Program-made: the position numbers and the translations under genes
Assembly: GCA_905182185.1 (NCBI GenBank)
Contig: CAJJAP010000007.1
Coordinates: 17,461-81,460 of the forward strand
Origin: an uncultured Candidatus Poseidoniales archaeon
GTDB taxonomy: Archaea > Thermoplasmatota > Poseidoniia > Poseidoniales > Poseidoniaceae
Length of the DNA: 64,000 nt
Direction: 5' to 3'
Notes under the pieces: model-generated
Databases searched by the model: none
What the model saw: only the letters and a program-made list of their open reading frames with translations
Told to the model about the DNA's origin: nothing
Shown: positions 10,363 through 20,543 of the stretch, one piece after another
Position numbering within the stretch: position 1 is the first letter of the stretch
Layout: each line of letters starts with the position of its first letter

Positions 10363-10824
10363 ATGTCTGAGGCTGAAGAAAAGGAATCTTCTCATCAGGA
10401 ACAACTATCACTGCTTGATGAATCTAAATCTATGTGGAAGTTGATTTCTGGCTCTGCAGTACTTGCATCTATGTGTTGTCTTCCTTCGATAGTGTTGGTA
10501 CTATTCGGACTTGCTAGTGTCTCCTCTGCTGCAGCAATCTCCGACACTTTGTATTGGGGACTTGATGGATACCAATGGTTCAGACCAGCCTTATCGGCAT
10601 TATCTGTAATTCTGATAATCAGTGGATTGGTTCTATACTTCCGTTCCAAGGGAGTTTGCACTATTGAGCAAGCAAAGCGAGAGAGAAAGAGAATCATCAA
10701 TATTTCACTTACTGTTTTGATTTCATCCTACTTGCTATATCTTGTATTCAATTATGTAATTCTAACAGAGATCGGAATCGCTCTAGGATTACCTTGGCAA
10801 GAAAGTCGTTTTTGGACAAAATAA
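10363..10824 (+). CDS. Small membrane protein with a MerT-like CC motif in the first TM helix
   Basis: LASMCCLPSIVLVLFGLASVS resembles the MerT TM1 signature (ACCLGPLVLIALGFSGAW). 3-4 predicted helices. Only a single Cys in the loop where MerT has a Cys pair. Confidence 0.4.
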   Translation: MSEAEEKESSHQEQLSLLDESKSMWKLISGSAVLASMCCLPSIVLVLFGLASVSSAAAISDTLYWGLDGYQWFRPALSALSVILIISGLVLYFRSKGVCTIEQAKRERKRIINISLTVLISSYLLYLVFNYVILTEIGIALGLPWQESRFWTK

Positions 10825-10827
10825 GAT

Positions 10828-11622
10828 TCAACTATTATTCCTTGTTGAATTGCATCCGATTTGCCATTCTGTCCCAGATGCCATCGCTTCTCTCGTAGCA
10901 TCTAGGAGGTCATCTTCTTCACTACGTATTTGGCCATCACCTCTTAACCAAGAAAGACTAATATGAACCTCTTCATGTAGCCAATTTCTCAATTGCAAAA
11001 TTGATTTTTCAATTGAAATATCACATATCTCTTCCCCAATAGGAATTTCAATTTCACGTGGATTTAATTTCATCCCCATACGCATTGTTTTTTGCACAGA
11101 TTCTTTAGCGGTCCAACTACGAATTGCCATTTCAGGGTTGTTGCGAATCTGTTGTAATTCATCACCGCTTGCCATTAGATCTAATGCATTATCGGCAATT
11201 CCTCTAGCACTTGGTTCAGCATCGATTCCAACGGTCCAACCGGGTGCTATCAGCGCAACATAGGCCCAACCATTACCGTGGCCAATGGAGATACTAGGCA
11301 ATGGCTCATTTCTCCAGATGCCATGAATAAATTCTAAACTCGGCGCTCGAAGTTCATCGCGCCTAACTTCAATCTCATCGATTGAATTGATGCCCCATTG
11401 AATTAGTGAATAATGCAGTAACCAACGTCCGCTCAGATGCTCCATCCGCCTCTTATCAGTTACAAAGGTGGATACTTCATCAGCATCTGCAAGCATTACA
11501 TCCTCTACAGCAAAATCTTGGACCTCACACCTATAGCAGGTAATAACTGGAGCTTCTGGCAATTGAGGTGGTGTTAGTACCTCTACCTTCGGCTGCATAA
11601 TTAGTCCACTCACCCGAATCAA
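10828..11622 (-). CDS. 4'-phosphopantetheinyl transferase (Sfp/PfaE type)
   Basis: PPTase motif 2 GIDAEP and motif 3 WTAKESVQK (WxxKEAxxK). Lies 18 nt downstream of the PKS, on the same strand. Confidence 0.8.
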   Translation of the reverse strand: MIRVSGLIMQPKVEVLTPPQLPEAPVITCYRCEVQDFAVEDVMLADADEVSTFVTDKRRMEHLSGRWLLHYSLIQWGINSIDEIEVRRDELRAPSLEFIHGIWRNEPLPSISIGHGNGWAYVALIAPGWTVGIDAEPSARGIADNALDLMASGDELQQIRNNPEMAIRSWTAKESVQKTMRMGMKLNPREIEIPIGEEICDISIEKSILQLRNWLHEEVHISLSWLRGDGQIRSEEDDLLDATREAMASGTEWQIGCNSTRNNS

Positions 11623-11640
11623 TTCAAACCATGCCTTAGA

Positions 11641-14600
11641 TTATCTTGGCAAAGTGAATTGTTGGTATTCAGGGACTGGAGCCATCGCCTTCAGACGTAG
11701 CCCTTTCAATGCTAGTACAGGTGCATCATCATCACCTACGATAACGACATCATGAACAGTAACCCCTGCATCTTCAACTGCGGTACGAATACTACGCAAT
11801 CTCAAAACCTCATCCCTTTCAGGCACCCGCAGATTACAAGTCCAGTCAATACCCACAGGTAGGGAAGAGAAGTTTTCACTTTCCATTGCAACCAAACCGG
11901 CGTTTTGGAATCCTGCTTCAATTAACATTGGTAGTGCCTCTAAGAGAATAGACTCTCCTTGTGCTTCTATCGCCCATTGGTCACTTTGCGGCAATTGATG
12001 TCGCATCAATGCAATCCCATCTACACCAGGCGTAGAATCATTGCCAATGCCTCTAATAATCCCACCATGCGATTGGAATCTAGGTCCATGGAAATATCGA
12101 AGATAGATGAATGCTGGCGTATGTATTAATTGACCCATAGGCGGCGTTCCAATCGCTGGAATCATTGCAATCTCTGCTTCAAGGAATGGGCAAATATCAT
12201 CACAGTCTTCAACTAAGCGAACTGTCGCTTGATGATGTTCTCTTTCGCCGAATACTTCACCCTTTGAATTGGTTAAATCACTTACTAATCGACATTTTAC
12301 CCAAGAGATTTGGCCTTCTTGTTTATCCAAGAGAGATTCTACTCTAACGGTCATTTCACCTTTTAGTAATTTTACCGGCAATCCGAATTTAACATCTTCG
12401 AACCCTGCTAAACTGGTCTGAGGACGTAATAATAACGCATTTTCTGCAAACATTTCCAGTGCCATTACACCTGGGTGGTATGGGACGCCTTCTATTGCAT
12501 GGTCGATTAAGAATGGATGATCTGCTGCACTTAGAGTAGATTGTGTAGTCAAGGTTTGACCCTCGTCTATCCTGTTGACTTTGTCAATGAATGGGAATCG
12601 AGTAGGGTCAGCTATTAATGCCGCCATTTTTGCAGGAAGACGCAAAGGTGCATCTCTAAAAACATCAAAGCGATTCATTATTCCAAGACTACCACAACCG
12701 ATGACTCTTCTTTTACCACCAGCTAGTGCCTCATCAACAAAGATAGAAACTCCTTCTTCAACCGATAGTGTATCGATACCTGCTGCTTCAAAGACCGCTT
12801 CTATTGAACCTCTTGTGGCCATTCCAACATCTCTCCAGCCTGTCCAACCAATTGCAACCGCACGGCAGGTTCCACTTGCTGTCAAGCGCGACATTTCACT
12901 ATCCAGAACACAATTGGCTGCTGCATAATCTGTTTGACCACCGTTTCCAAAGCGGCCTGCTACACTGGTAAAACAGCAAGCGAAGTTAGGATTATCACTA
13001 CCACTTGCGTGGACTGCGCCCAATAATGCCCGCCATCCATCAACCTTGACACGAACTACATTGTTGAAAATTTGATGTGATTTATCATTGACTAATTTGG
13101 AGTCTTCAAGGCCTGCACCATGAAGAATACCGGTTATTTTTCTTCCGAGGTTGGCACCGAGTTCTGCCAAACCTTCTGCATCTGTCACATTGACCGAGCA
13201 ATACTGAGCAGAGTTTCCTGTGCTAGTAATCTGCTGAATTGTATTGTAAATATCAAGTGAGCGAGTATATTTTTGCCACTCCTTATTCCACTCTACCATT
13301 GTGACCTTTCCTTCTTCACTGGCATCGGTCATAGTTTGACGCAATGCCATTTTCTCATCAGTGAGTTGTTGTTGTGACCAGCCAATCCACGATTGACACT
13401 CTTCTATTAGGCTTGAGCGTCCTAGTAAAACAAAGTGTGCGCCTGCATCTGGACTCGCCTTAGAAACGCCGATTATAGATGCTGCTGTAACTCCAGAACC
13501 GCCACCGGATACTATCCAAGTATCCGCATTGGTTAGTGGTTCTCTTGGTGATTCTAAATCTTCAGCAAATGCGACTAGAGTCCACCTTCTCAAATCTCGA
13601 TCGATTGCAATTTCAATATCGCCACCAAGTTCAAACAAATCCTCGTCAATAATTTGAGCTGCTTGGTCTGCTTGCAAGATTAATTCAGGATGTAGGTCAA
13701 AGGCTCTACAACGCAAGTGTGGTTGTTCAAAGGAATATGACTTGGTAACGCCTGTTGCCGCACTTTGTAGTGAATTGAATCTCTCTCCACGATTGCCATG
13801 GCGGCCATCCAGTGCGGTGATTGAAGCAACTATTCCAGTCGATTGACTTGCAAGTTTACTATCCAACCCTTTCAACAATGAAAAGAAACCATGCGCTGAC
13901 ATAGCAATTTGGCTCGAAGGATAAGCGTCATCTGACCAAGATTCACTAGCCAATTTCAAGGAGGCCATATGGAGGACTGCTGTAATATTTTGTTGCTTTA
14001 ACTGCTCACATACTTCCTCAAGATGCTGGGAATTTTCTGGGTCGCATCTGTAAACAGTTCGACCCGATTCTTCTTGGGTTGACATATCTCTGATTGCAGA
14101 TTCAAAACCGATCAATACCGTTTTCAATCCACGTTGCTCCATTCTTTGAGCGAATGCTTCGGAGATCCCCCAGCCATCAACTGTGATGACAACTGTACCA
14201 TCAAGAGAAATCGGTTGGCTAGTCCCTAGGCATTCTTCAATTTCTATTTGCCATCTTCGCGTTGTTGAAACAATATCGCTGTTGGTTTGTTGTATTGCCG
14301 CCGTCTCCTCTACCTGTTGCGGTTGTGGCTGAGCCTCACCAACCACTGATTCAACAACACTATCGCCACCTACCATCTTGGTGATGTAGGCGCTAAAGTG
14401 ATTCAAAGTCGGGTGGTCGCTGAGTACGAAATCATCGTCGACTGGTAGTGAGAAAATTTCTCTAATATCCCCCATTATCTCTGCTTGCTTGACCGTATCA
14501 ATCCCCAATTCACCTTCTAGGTCTTGGTCCATTTCAATGAAATCTGCAGGATAGCCGGTGTGTTTGACTACGACTTCAACTAATTTCTCCACAATATCGG

Positions 14601-17600
14601 CTGAAGCGGCTGAAGAAGGAACTGAGGCTGGTACTGGAGATGGACTCGATTTCGCTGCGGCTTTCTGCTCTACAGGTTGTGGAGTTGGAACTGTAATTGG
14701 GGTTTGTGCAACCACTTCACCACCCATCATCCGAGAGATATAGGCAATCATGTGATTCAGAGTTGGATAATCAGATAAGACAAAGTCATCGTCGACTGGT
14801 AGGGAAAACTTCTCACGGATATCACCCATAATCTCTGCTTGCTTAACAGTGTCAATTCCCAATTCACCTTCGAGGTCTTGGTCTAATTCAATAAAATCAG
14901 CAGGATAACCAGTATGAGCGACTACAACTTCTACAACAAGTGGAGTTATTTCCGATGTTTCTAAATCAGTAGCTAATTTAACAGCCGATTGTGGCTTACT
15001 AATTTCGACTGGAGCTTGTGGTTGTGCTAGCGTCTCTATTGCTGCTTCTGCTGCTGGTGCGGCAATTACTGTTGCGGCACCTCCTGTCATTTTGTTGATG
15101 TATCCGATCATATGATTCAATGTTGGATAATCCGAAAGAACAAACTCGTCGTCAACTGGTAGGGAAAACTTTTCTCGAATATCGCCCATAATCTCTGCTT
15201 GCTTGACCGTATCAATGCCCAATTCACCCTCTAGGTCTTGGTCTAATTCAACAAAGTCTGCTGGATATCCTGTGTGATTAACCACTACTTCGATGACAGT
15301 GGTTACAATATCACCTGATACGGTTGCAGCGGCTACTGGAGCCGGTTTGTTTTGTTGAACGACTGGCTTTGAAACTGGCATTGATGCTACTGCAGGCGCT
15401 GAGATTGAAACTGGTACTGGATCTACGGCATTTACAACCACCGGAGCAGGGTTTGGTTTTCCTTCAAAATCGGCGGTAATAGGCCAACTTTCTCCTTGTA
15501 CACCGCCGTGCAATTTATCATCAGCATCAACATAGCAGACCAATTTATTTTGTAATACTCGGAATACTACGTCATCAGTCCCCGCTAATTCTCTATTCCA
15601 GGCAAGGAATTTGGCACCATCGATTCTCTCCCCCACAAACGGAGTTCTCTTTACTAGTGAAAGGGCTATTTGTGAGCCAAATCCTGCTGCAAAGCGAAGT
15701 CCATAGCGCAGATTTGGATATTCTCCACCTGTGGATAGATTCAAGTCTCCTAATTCCGGATCTTTTTCCTTGTGATTAGCGATAGGAGGAATTCTTCCTG
15801 TTTTCATCCCGTATAGCATGCTAGCATCTTCAATTCCAACTGCCATCGGATGTCCAGTGAACCCTTTAGTATTGGAAATTACAAGGGAATCCGTACTATC
15901 ACCGAATGTATCGCGTAGTGCTTTAACCTCGGATTGAGCGCTTCCTCCTCGGGCCGGAGTGAATGTTTCATGGCTAAAGAAGGCTGTATCAGATGCGAAT
16001 TCATGCCGGTCTATTCCCCAGCGCTTTTCCATATCTCCAACGAAATTATTGACAACTCCTGCGACGTGTTCAACATCTAAGCGAGTTCCATGGAAGGCTG
16101 AGTTTGCAGTGGTTGAACCTAATAATTCTGCAATAGGTTGAACTCCACGCTTAGCCGCTTCAGAACTTCTCTCCACTACGAAAGCAGCAGCACCCATCCC
16201 TAAGATGAGCCCATTGCGTCGACGGTCAAACGGTAATGCTGTTTCTTCTACTACATTGCCGGTTGCTGCTGCACCTGATGCTGCGAATCCTGCTCCGACC
16301 CATTCCCACATATCATCGCCGGTAACGTCGTCACCAGAGATGATTACCACTCGGTCTACGCGGTCTGCTGCAAGCCAATCTTCGGCAACACCAAACGCTG
16401 CAGTAGCTGATGCGCAGGCGAGATTGATTGTTGTATTTGGCCCACGAATGCCAGTATACTGTGCAAATTGTGAATGACCCATATTGAGGGTTTGGAATAG
16501 ATATCTGCGGTCAAATTGTCCGTCACCATCATCGCCATTATTCTTGGCATGTTTCTTGGCCATCTGCATTCCAGGGAAACAAGAGGAGAATACAATTCCA
16601 GTTCGGTCTCTCTGCACTTGAGGGATTTGCCAACTTCTGATCAACCTAAGTCCACCTTTGCCAACTTGCTCAACAGGAGTTAGTGGTATGGCAGCATCAC
16701 GGAGTGCTAGTAATCCGGCTGCTACGGCCAACTGTGTGGAAATATCCCATGCCAAAACTACCTTCGGGTCTATACCAAATTCTTCTGAGATGTCAAAGGC
16801 AGATTTGAGACCCGCTAATTGTGGAATATCACTGAATTCAGTTGCCTTTTCCATATTGACTGAACCATCTCTCCCTTTGATTAGACGAACTAAGTTCTTA
16901 TCGAGCAGTCTTTGTTTGTATTCATCTGAAACTTCGCTAATACAAGTTTCACCACGGACAAGGCGTTCAAATGTATCCTCGTCGAATACTTTCTTTCCAC
17001 CAGGAAGGCCAAGAGAAACACCTGTGATCACATATGGGTCTGCTCTACGGTTGGCCATGGTATCATTTCCAGTAGCGACTACTGTAGTTCCTTGCTGTGA
17101 AATATTGGCACTAGGCAATTTAGTTAAATTGGTCTTGGCAGTCCATTGAGAAGGGACTGATGCAATCCAATGCGCTATATCCTCTACAGTTTGTGCACTG
17201 CTGACATCCACATCCGCCATGGTTTGGCATTCACTGGCAATTGTTTGTAGCAGATTAGCAATGGCAGAATCTGCAAGACCAAGCCCAAGACGGAGATTGA
17301 CCATCCCATTACAGAACCTTGCTGGATAACCGCAAAGTGCTGATAGACGGTCTCCAAGGTAAGCATTCTTTGCTTCAGTAGCAATTTGCTCAGGGTCTTT
17401 TTGGGTGGAAACTGTTGTGGTTTGTGCTACTGTTGTAACGGTAGGTTGAGCCGCACCACTAGGAAGTGGGCGGGCTGCTGTACGCAAAGATTCCAAAGAA
17501 GAACTTGTTTGCGAGGTCGAAATTATTGCTGCTTGATGTGCTTCAATCGGTCCAGCACGGAACGCTTCTGTCAATACAGGAGAATCTCCAGTTGGCCACT

Positions 17601-20532
17601 GCGGCATCCTACCCGCAAGAGCAAGCATTCCTAGAGCGGAAATAAATGAGGCAATTCCTCCCTGTTTTGGATGGTTAGTCATTATTGGTAGCGATGGTTG
17701 GTCCTCAAGAATTTGAGTTGCAAACATACTCAATGCTCGCTTTGGCCCGACTTCAATGAAGACTCGTGCACCTGCTGAATACATTGTTTGAATTTGAGTT
17801 GTCCACTCGACCGCAGATGCCATTTGAGGTGCTAATTGAGTAAGTATTGATTGCTTAGCATCTCCTTCTCCGGACATTGGATAAAATTGGCCATCTACAT
17901 TTGCTGTTATTGGAATCGCTGGCCATCGTATTTCTAGCCCTTCTAAGAACCGGCGTAGCGGTTCATTGGCCGGTGCTACAATCTTGGAATGGAAGGCGTG
18001 ACTTGTTGCTAGGGTCACGGATTGGAACCCACGATTTTCAAATTCAGCCATAGCCGCCTTTACCGGTTCGGTTTCACCAGCGATGACCGTCATCTTTGGC
18101 GAGTTCTTATTGGCTGCGATGACATATCCATCGACCTCTTCAATAATTGCTGCAACATCATCGTATGGTGCGCTAACACTAGCCATCAAACCTTTGTCAA
18201 TTACTTCAACTGCGCCCATTTCAGTTCCTCTCGCTGCAGCTGCACGCAGTGCACCATCCATATCGAGAATCCCCGCTGCCATCAGTGCCGCATATTCTCC
18301 CAAAGAGTGTCCAGCAACCATATCTGGTTTGTGGCCATGGTCATTCAGCGCCTTCTCAATTGCCAGATCTGCAGTTAACATTGCAGGTTGAGTATATTCT
18401 GTTTGCTTCAATTTATGTTCCGCTTCAAGCAATTGTTGTTTATTCAATCCCGAACGAAGAATGAATGATGACAAACTTTCACCGTTCAAGACCTCGGTCA
18501 TGGTAACATCGGATTGCTTCCAAACCTCTTGCACAGAAGTATATCTCTGCCATAGGTCGTGTGTCATCCCAACATACTGACTTCCTTGGCCAGGATACAT
18601 GTGGGCAACCTTGGCTTGTGCTGGTAGCGCAGCATCATCGGTTAGTAGAATTCCTTGCGCTTGTAAGAATCCCCATTTCTCTTTATCATCCATCGCTTTT
18701 ACTGCAAGGGCACAACGTTTGTTGAATTCAGCCCACGAGGTTGCAATAAGTGCCATCCTAATCTTATCTGAAGATGAATAATCTCCACTGATTGATTCGA
18801 GCGCTTGTGAAAGACGAAGTCCTCTTGGGTCCTCATCGAAATTAGGACCTTGGAAAGAAATAGATTCTATTTGTTGCTTAATTTGGCCAATATCGCTGCC
18901 AGAAAGCAATAACATTCCACCTTCAATTTGCTTTAATTGTTGATGTGTCATTGAAGGTGTTGCCGTGGAATCCAATATAGAGGCTGCAACCGCCTCGCCT
19001 GTTTGTTTATTTTGCGAACCATCCAGAGGCTGAGAATATGCATCCCATCTCAGTTGCCACTGCTGTGCCAGTGGTGCGTGGAAATCCGGTTCATACCCTT
19101 CGAGAGCGACGTGAAAATTAGTGCCACCAAAACCGAATGCGGAAACTCCGGCTCGGCGCGGATTTGACTCTGGCCTAGGCCATTCCATTGCTTTGGTTGG
19201 TACGAAAAATGGTATGCTTCCCCAATCAACTGTTGGATTTGGATTTTCGAATCCTGCACTAGGAGGAATTGTTCTGTGGTGAAGTGCAAGAATGGATTTC
19301 ATAATTCCTGCGATTCCTGCTGCTGCCTTTAGATGCCCAATCTGTGATTTTATTGAACCGACTGCGATATGGTCGCCACCATCAAATCCAGTCCAAAGAC
19401 GTGATAGCGTTGATAATTCTGTAGCATCTCCAACTTTGGTAGAGGTCCCGTGAGCTTCAACCAACTGAACGCTGGATGCATCATATCCTGCTTGGTTGTA
19501 AGCACGTGCCATCGCTTGTACTTGCCCTCTTTGACTTGGAGCGGTAATACCCTTGCCTCGGCCATCTGATGAGCCACCGATTCCCCTGATTACCGCTTTA
19601 ATTTCATCACCATCACGGATTGCATCTCCTAGGCGCTTGAGAAGTAATACACCTGCGCCTTCACCCATTACGAATCCATTCGCCTTAGCATCAAAAGGAG
19701 TGGAATGTGTAGCGGATAATGCGCCAATGGCACTGAACTTAGCAAATGTAGCAGGATCCATTGTTCGGTCACTCGCTCCTGCTAGCATTGTATCAACCTG
19801 TCTTGTTTGCAGCAATCTACAAGCATCCAATACGGCTGCCATAGACGATGCACAGGCAGCATCCATTGCGTGATTCGGACCTTGTAAATCCAATAGATTT
19901 GCGACCCTTCCAGATACCACGTTAGCCAATTCTCCTGGCATAGTATCTTCGTCAATCCTCGGGGTACCTTTTACCACATCTTCAATGAATGAATCCATGT
20001 TTGAATCTGGTAAGCCGTATTGCGATGCCAATTGTTTGGTGTGGTTAGACCAAACACGGATATTTGACATATTACGATTTTCTCCGCCTAAGGCATTTGC
20101 AAAAACTACTCCGGTTCTAACTCGGTCAATATCTTTTGATTCCCCATCAAAGCCAGCATCTTCTATTGCATCGGCTGATACTGCGACTGCCCATTGCTGG
20201 CATATGTCAATCTGAGGAAGAGTTCCAGGTGGTTGCCTCCATCTCCTCCAATCAAATTCATATCCAGTGACCAATGCACCGATTTTTGAATAGGTGAAGC
20301 CTTCCTCCACAGCCCCGGGACCACCTTGTCTCCAGAAATGATTTGAAGGGCCCGGCCATCTCCCTTCTGGAATTTGTTTGATGCTGACTTTAGCATCGAT
20401 AATATTCTGCCAAAATTGGCCCGCATTTTCTGCATCTGGCATTATAGCGGCTAGACCTATTACTGCAATCGGTTCAAAGGGCCCTTGCTCAAGACCTTCA
20501 CATTCCTTTCCATCTGCAGTAGTAAGAGACAT
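11641..20532 (-). CDS. Type I polyketide / PUFA-synthase-like megasynthase (PfaA-like), domain order KS-AT-KS-ACPx3-KR-DH
   Basis: KS1: DAACASS (Cys aa 227), EAHGTSTKVGD, SIKSQIGH. AT: GQGSQYVGM and GHSLGEY. KS2: NLACASATAA (Cys aa 1373), AFHGT, NTKGFTGH. Three near-identical ACP repeats (GELGIDTVKQAEIMG). KR: GGGSGV Rossmann fold, YAAANCVLD. DH: HAIEGVPYHP (HxxxGxxxxP). Confidence 0.95.
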   Translation of the reverse strand: MSLTTADGKECEGLEQGPFEPIAVIGLAAIMPDAENAGQFWQNIIDAKVSIKQIPEGRWPGPSNHFWRQGGPGAVEEGFTYSKIGALVTGYEFDWRRWRQPPGTLPQIDICQQWAVAVSADAIEDAGFDGESKDIDRVRTGVVFANALGGENRNMSNIRVWSNHTKQLASQYGLPDSNMDSFIEDVVKGTPRIDEDTMPGELANVVSGRVANLLDLQGPNHAMDAACASSMAAVLDACRLLQTRQVDTMLAGASDRTMDPATFAKFSAIGALSATHSTPFDAKANGFVMGEGAGVLLLKRLGDAIRDGDEIKAVIRGIGGSSDGRGKGITAPSQRGQVQAMARAYNQAGYDASSVQLVEAHGTSTKVGDATELSTLSRLWTGFDGGDHIAVGSIKSQIGHLKAAAGIAGIMKSILALHHRTIPPSAGFENPNPTVDWGSIPFFVPTKAMEWPRPESNPRRAGVSAFGFGGTNFHVALEGYEPDFHAPLAQQWQLRWDAYSQPLDGSQNKQTGEAVAASILDSTATPSMTHQQLKQIEGGMLLLSGSDIGQIKQQIESISFQGPNFDEDPRGLRLSQALESISGDYSSSDKIRMALIATSWAEFNKRCALAVKAMDDKEKWGFLQAQGILLTDDAALPAQAKVAHMYPGQGSQYVGMTHDLWQRYTSVQEVWKQSDVTMTEVLNGESLSSFILRSGLNKQQLLEAEHKLKQTEYTQPAMLTADLAIEKALNDHGHKPDMVAGHSLGEYAALMAAGILDMDGALRAAAARGTEMGAVEVIDKGLMASVSAPYDDVAAIIEEVDGYVIAANKNSPKMTVIAGETEPVKAAMAEFENRGFQSVTLATSHAFHSKIVAPANEPLRRFLEGLEIRWPAIPITANVDGQFYPMSGEGDAKQSILTQLAPQMASAVEWTTQIQTMYSAGARVFIEVGPKRALSMFATQILEDQPSLPIMTNHPKQGGIASFISALGMLALAGRMPQWPTGDSPVLTEAFRAGPIEAHQAAIISTSQTSSSLESLRTAARPLPSGAAQPTVTTVAQTTTVSTQKDPEQIATEAKNAYLGDRLSALCGYPARFCNGMVNLRLGLGLADSAIANLLQTIASECQTMADVDVSSAQTVEDIAHWIASVPSQWTAKTNLTKLPSANISQQGTTVVATGNDTMANRRADPYVITGVSLGLPGGKKVFDEDTFERLVRGETCISEVSDEYKQRLLDKNLVRLIKGRDGSVNMEKATEFSDIPQLAGLKSAFDISEEFGIDPKVVLAWDISTQLAVAAGLLALRDAAIPLTPVEQVGKGGLRLIRSWQIPQVQRDRTGIVFSSCFPGMQMAKKHAKNNGDDGDGQFDRRYLFQTLNMGHSQFAQYTGIRGPNTTINLACASATAAFGVAEDWLAADRVDRVVIISGDDVTGDDMWEWVGAGFAASGAAATGNVVEETALPFDRRRNGLILGMGAAAFVVERSSEAAKRGVQPIAELLGSTTANSAFHGTRLDVEHVAGVVNNFVGDMEKRWGIDRHEFASDTAFFSHETFTPARGGSAQSEVKALRDTFGDSTDSLVISNTKGFTGHPMAVGIEDASMLYGMKTGRIPPIANHKEKDPELGDLNLSTGGEYPNLRYGLRFAAGFGSQIALSLVKRTPFVGERIDGAKFLAWNRELAGTDDVVFRVLQNKLVCYVDADDKLHGGVQGESWPITADFEGKPNPAPVVVNAVDPVPVSISAPAVASMPVSKPVVQQNKPAPVAAATVSGDIVTTVIEVVVNHTGYPADFVELDQDLEGELGIDTVKQAEIMGDIREKFSLPVDDEFVLSDYPTLNHMIGYINKMTGGAATVIAAPAAEAAIETLAQPQAPVEISKPQSAVKLATDLETSEITPLVVEVVVAHTGYPADFIELDQDLEGELGIDTVKQAEIMGDIREKFSLPVDDDFVLSDYPTLNHMIAYISRMMGGEVVAQTPITVPTPQPVEQKAAAKSSPSPVPASVPSSAASADIVEKLVEVVVKHTGYPADFIEMDQDLEGELGIDTVKQAEIMGDIREIFSLPVDDDFVLSDHPTLNHFSAYITKMVGGDSVVESVVGEAQPQPQQVEETAAIQQTNSDIVSTTRRWQIEIEECLGTSQPISLDGTVVITVDGWGISEAFAQRMEQRGLKTVLIGFESAIRDMSTQEESGRTVYRCDPENSQHLEEVCEQLKQQNITAVLHMASLKLASESWSDDAYPSSQIAMSAHGFFSLLKGLDSKLASQSTGIVASITALDGRHGNRGERFNSLQSAATGVTKSYSFEQPHLRCRAFDLHPELILQADQAAQIIDEDLFELGGDIEIAIDRDLRRWTLVAFAEDLESPREPLTNADTWIVSGGGSGVTAASIIGVSKASPDAGAHFVLLGRSSLIEECQSWIGWSQQQLTDEKMALRQTMTDASEEGKVTMVEWNKEWQKYTRSLDIYNTIQQITSTGNSAQYCSVNVTDAEGLAELGANLGRKITGILHGAGLEDSKLVNDKSHQIFNNVVRVKVDGWRALLGAVHASGSDNPNFACCFTSVAGRFGNGGQTDYAAANCVLDSEMSRLTASGTCRAVAIGWTGWRDVGMATRGSIEAVFEAAGIDTLSVEEGVSIFVDEALAGGKRRVIGCGSLGIMNRFDVFRDAPLRLPAKMAALIADPTRFPFIDKVNRIDEGQTLTTQSTLSAADHPFLIDHAIEGVPYHPGVMALEMFAENALLLRPQTSLAGFEDVKFGLPVKLLKGEMTVRVESLLDKQEGQISWVKCRLVSDLTNSKGEVFGEREHHQATVRLVEDCDDICPFLEAEIAMIPAIGTPPMGQLIHTPAFIYLRYFHGPRFQSHGGIIRGIGNDSTPGVDGIALMRHQLPQSDQWAIEAQGESILLEALPMLIEAGFQNAGLVAMESENFSSLPVGIDWTCNLRVPERDEVLRLRSIRTAVEDAGVTVHDVVIVGDDDAPVLALKGLRLKAMAPVPEYQQFTLPR
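11644..12585 (-). other. PKS domain: PKS-type dehydratase (approximate)
   Basis: HPFLIDHAIEGVPYHPG (HxxxGxxxxP hot-dog motif) at aa ~2678. Confidence 0.7.
12733..14235 (-). other. PKS domain: ketoreductase (approximate)
   Basis: VSGGGSGVTAAS NADPH fold; catalytic YAAAN motif (Tyr aa 2536). Confidence 0.7.
14374..15300 (-). other. PKS domains: three tandem ACP repeats, each with Thr at the Ser attachment position (approximate)
   Basis: Repeat HTGYPADF(V/I)E(L/M)DQDLEGELGIDTVKQAEIMGDIRE(K/I)FSLPVDD(D/E)FVLSD(Y/H)PTLNH. Thr codon acg confirmed on the DNA for all three copies (e.g. 15208-15210). The repeats are also near-identical at DNA level. Confidence 0.8.
15643..17040 (-). other. PKS domain: second ketosynthase retaining the Cys-His-His triad (approximate)
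   Basis: NLACASATAAFG, AFHGTRLD, ISNTKGFTGHPMAVG. It is not a CLF-type inactive KS. Confidence 0.75.
17683..18615 (-). other. PKS domain: acyltransferase (approximate)
   Basis: GQGSQYVGM; active site GHSLGEY (Ser aa 743); AFHS. Confidence 0.85.
19093..20475 (-). other. PKS domain: ketosynthase 1 (approximate)
   Basis: Cys codon at 19852-19854 (DAACASS). Both catalytic His motifs present. Confidence 0.85.
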
Positions 20533-20543
20533 AGAAACACCAC

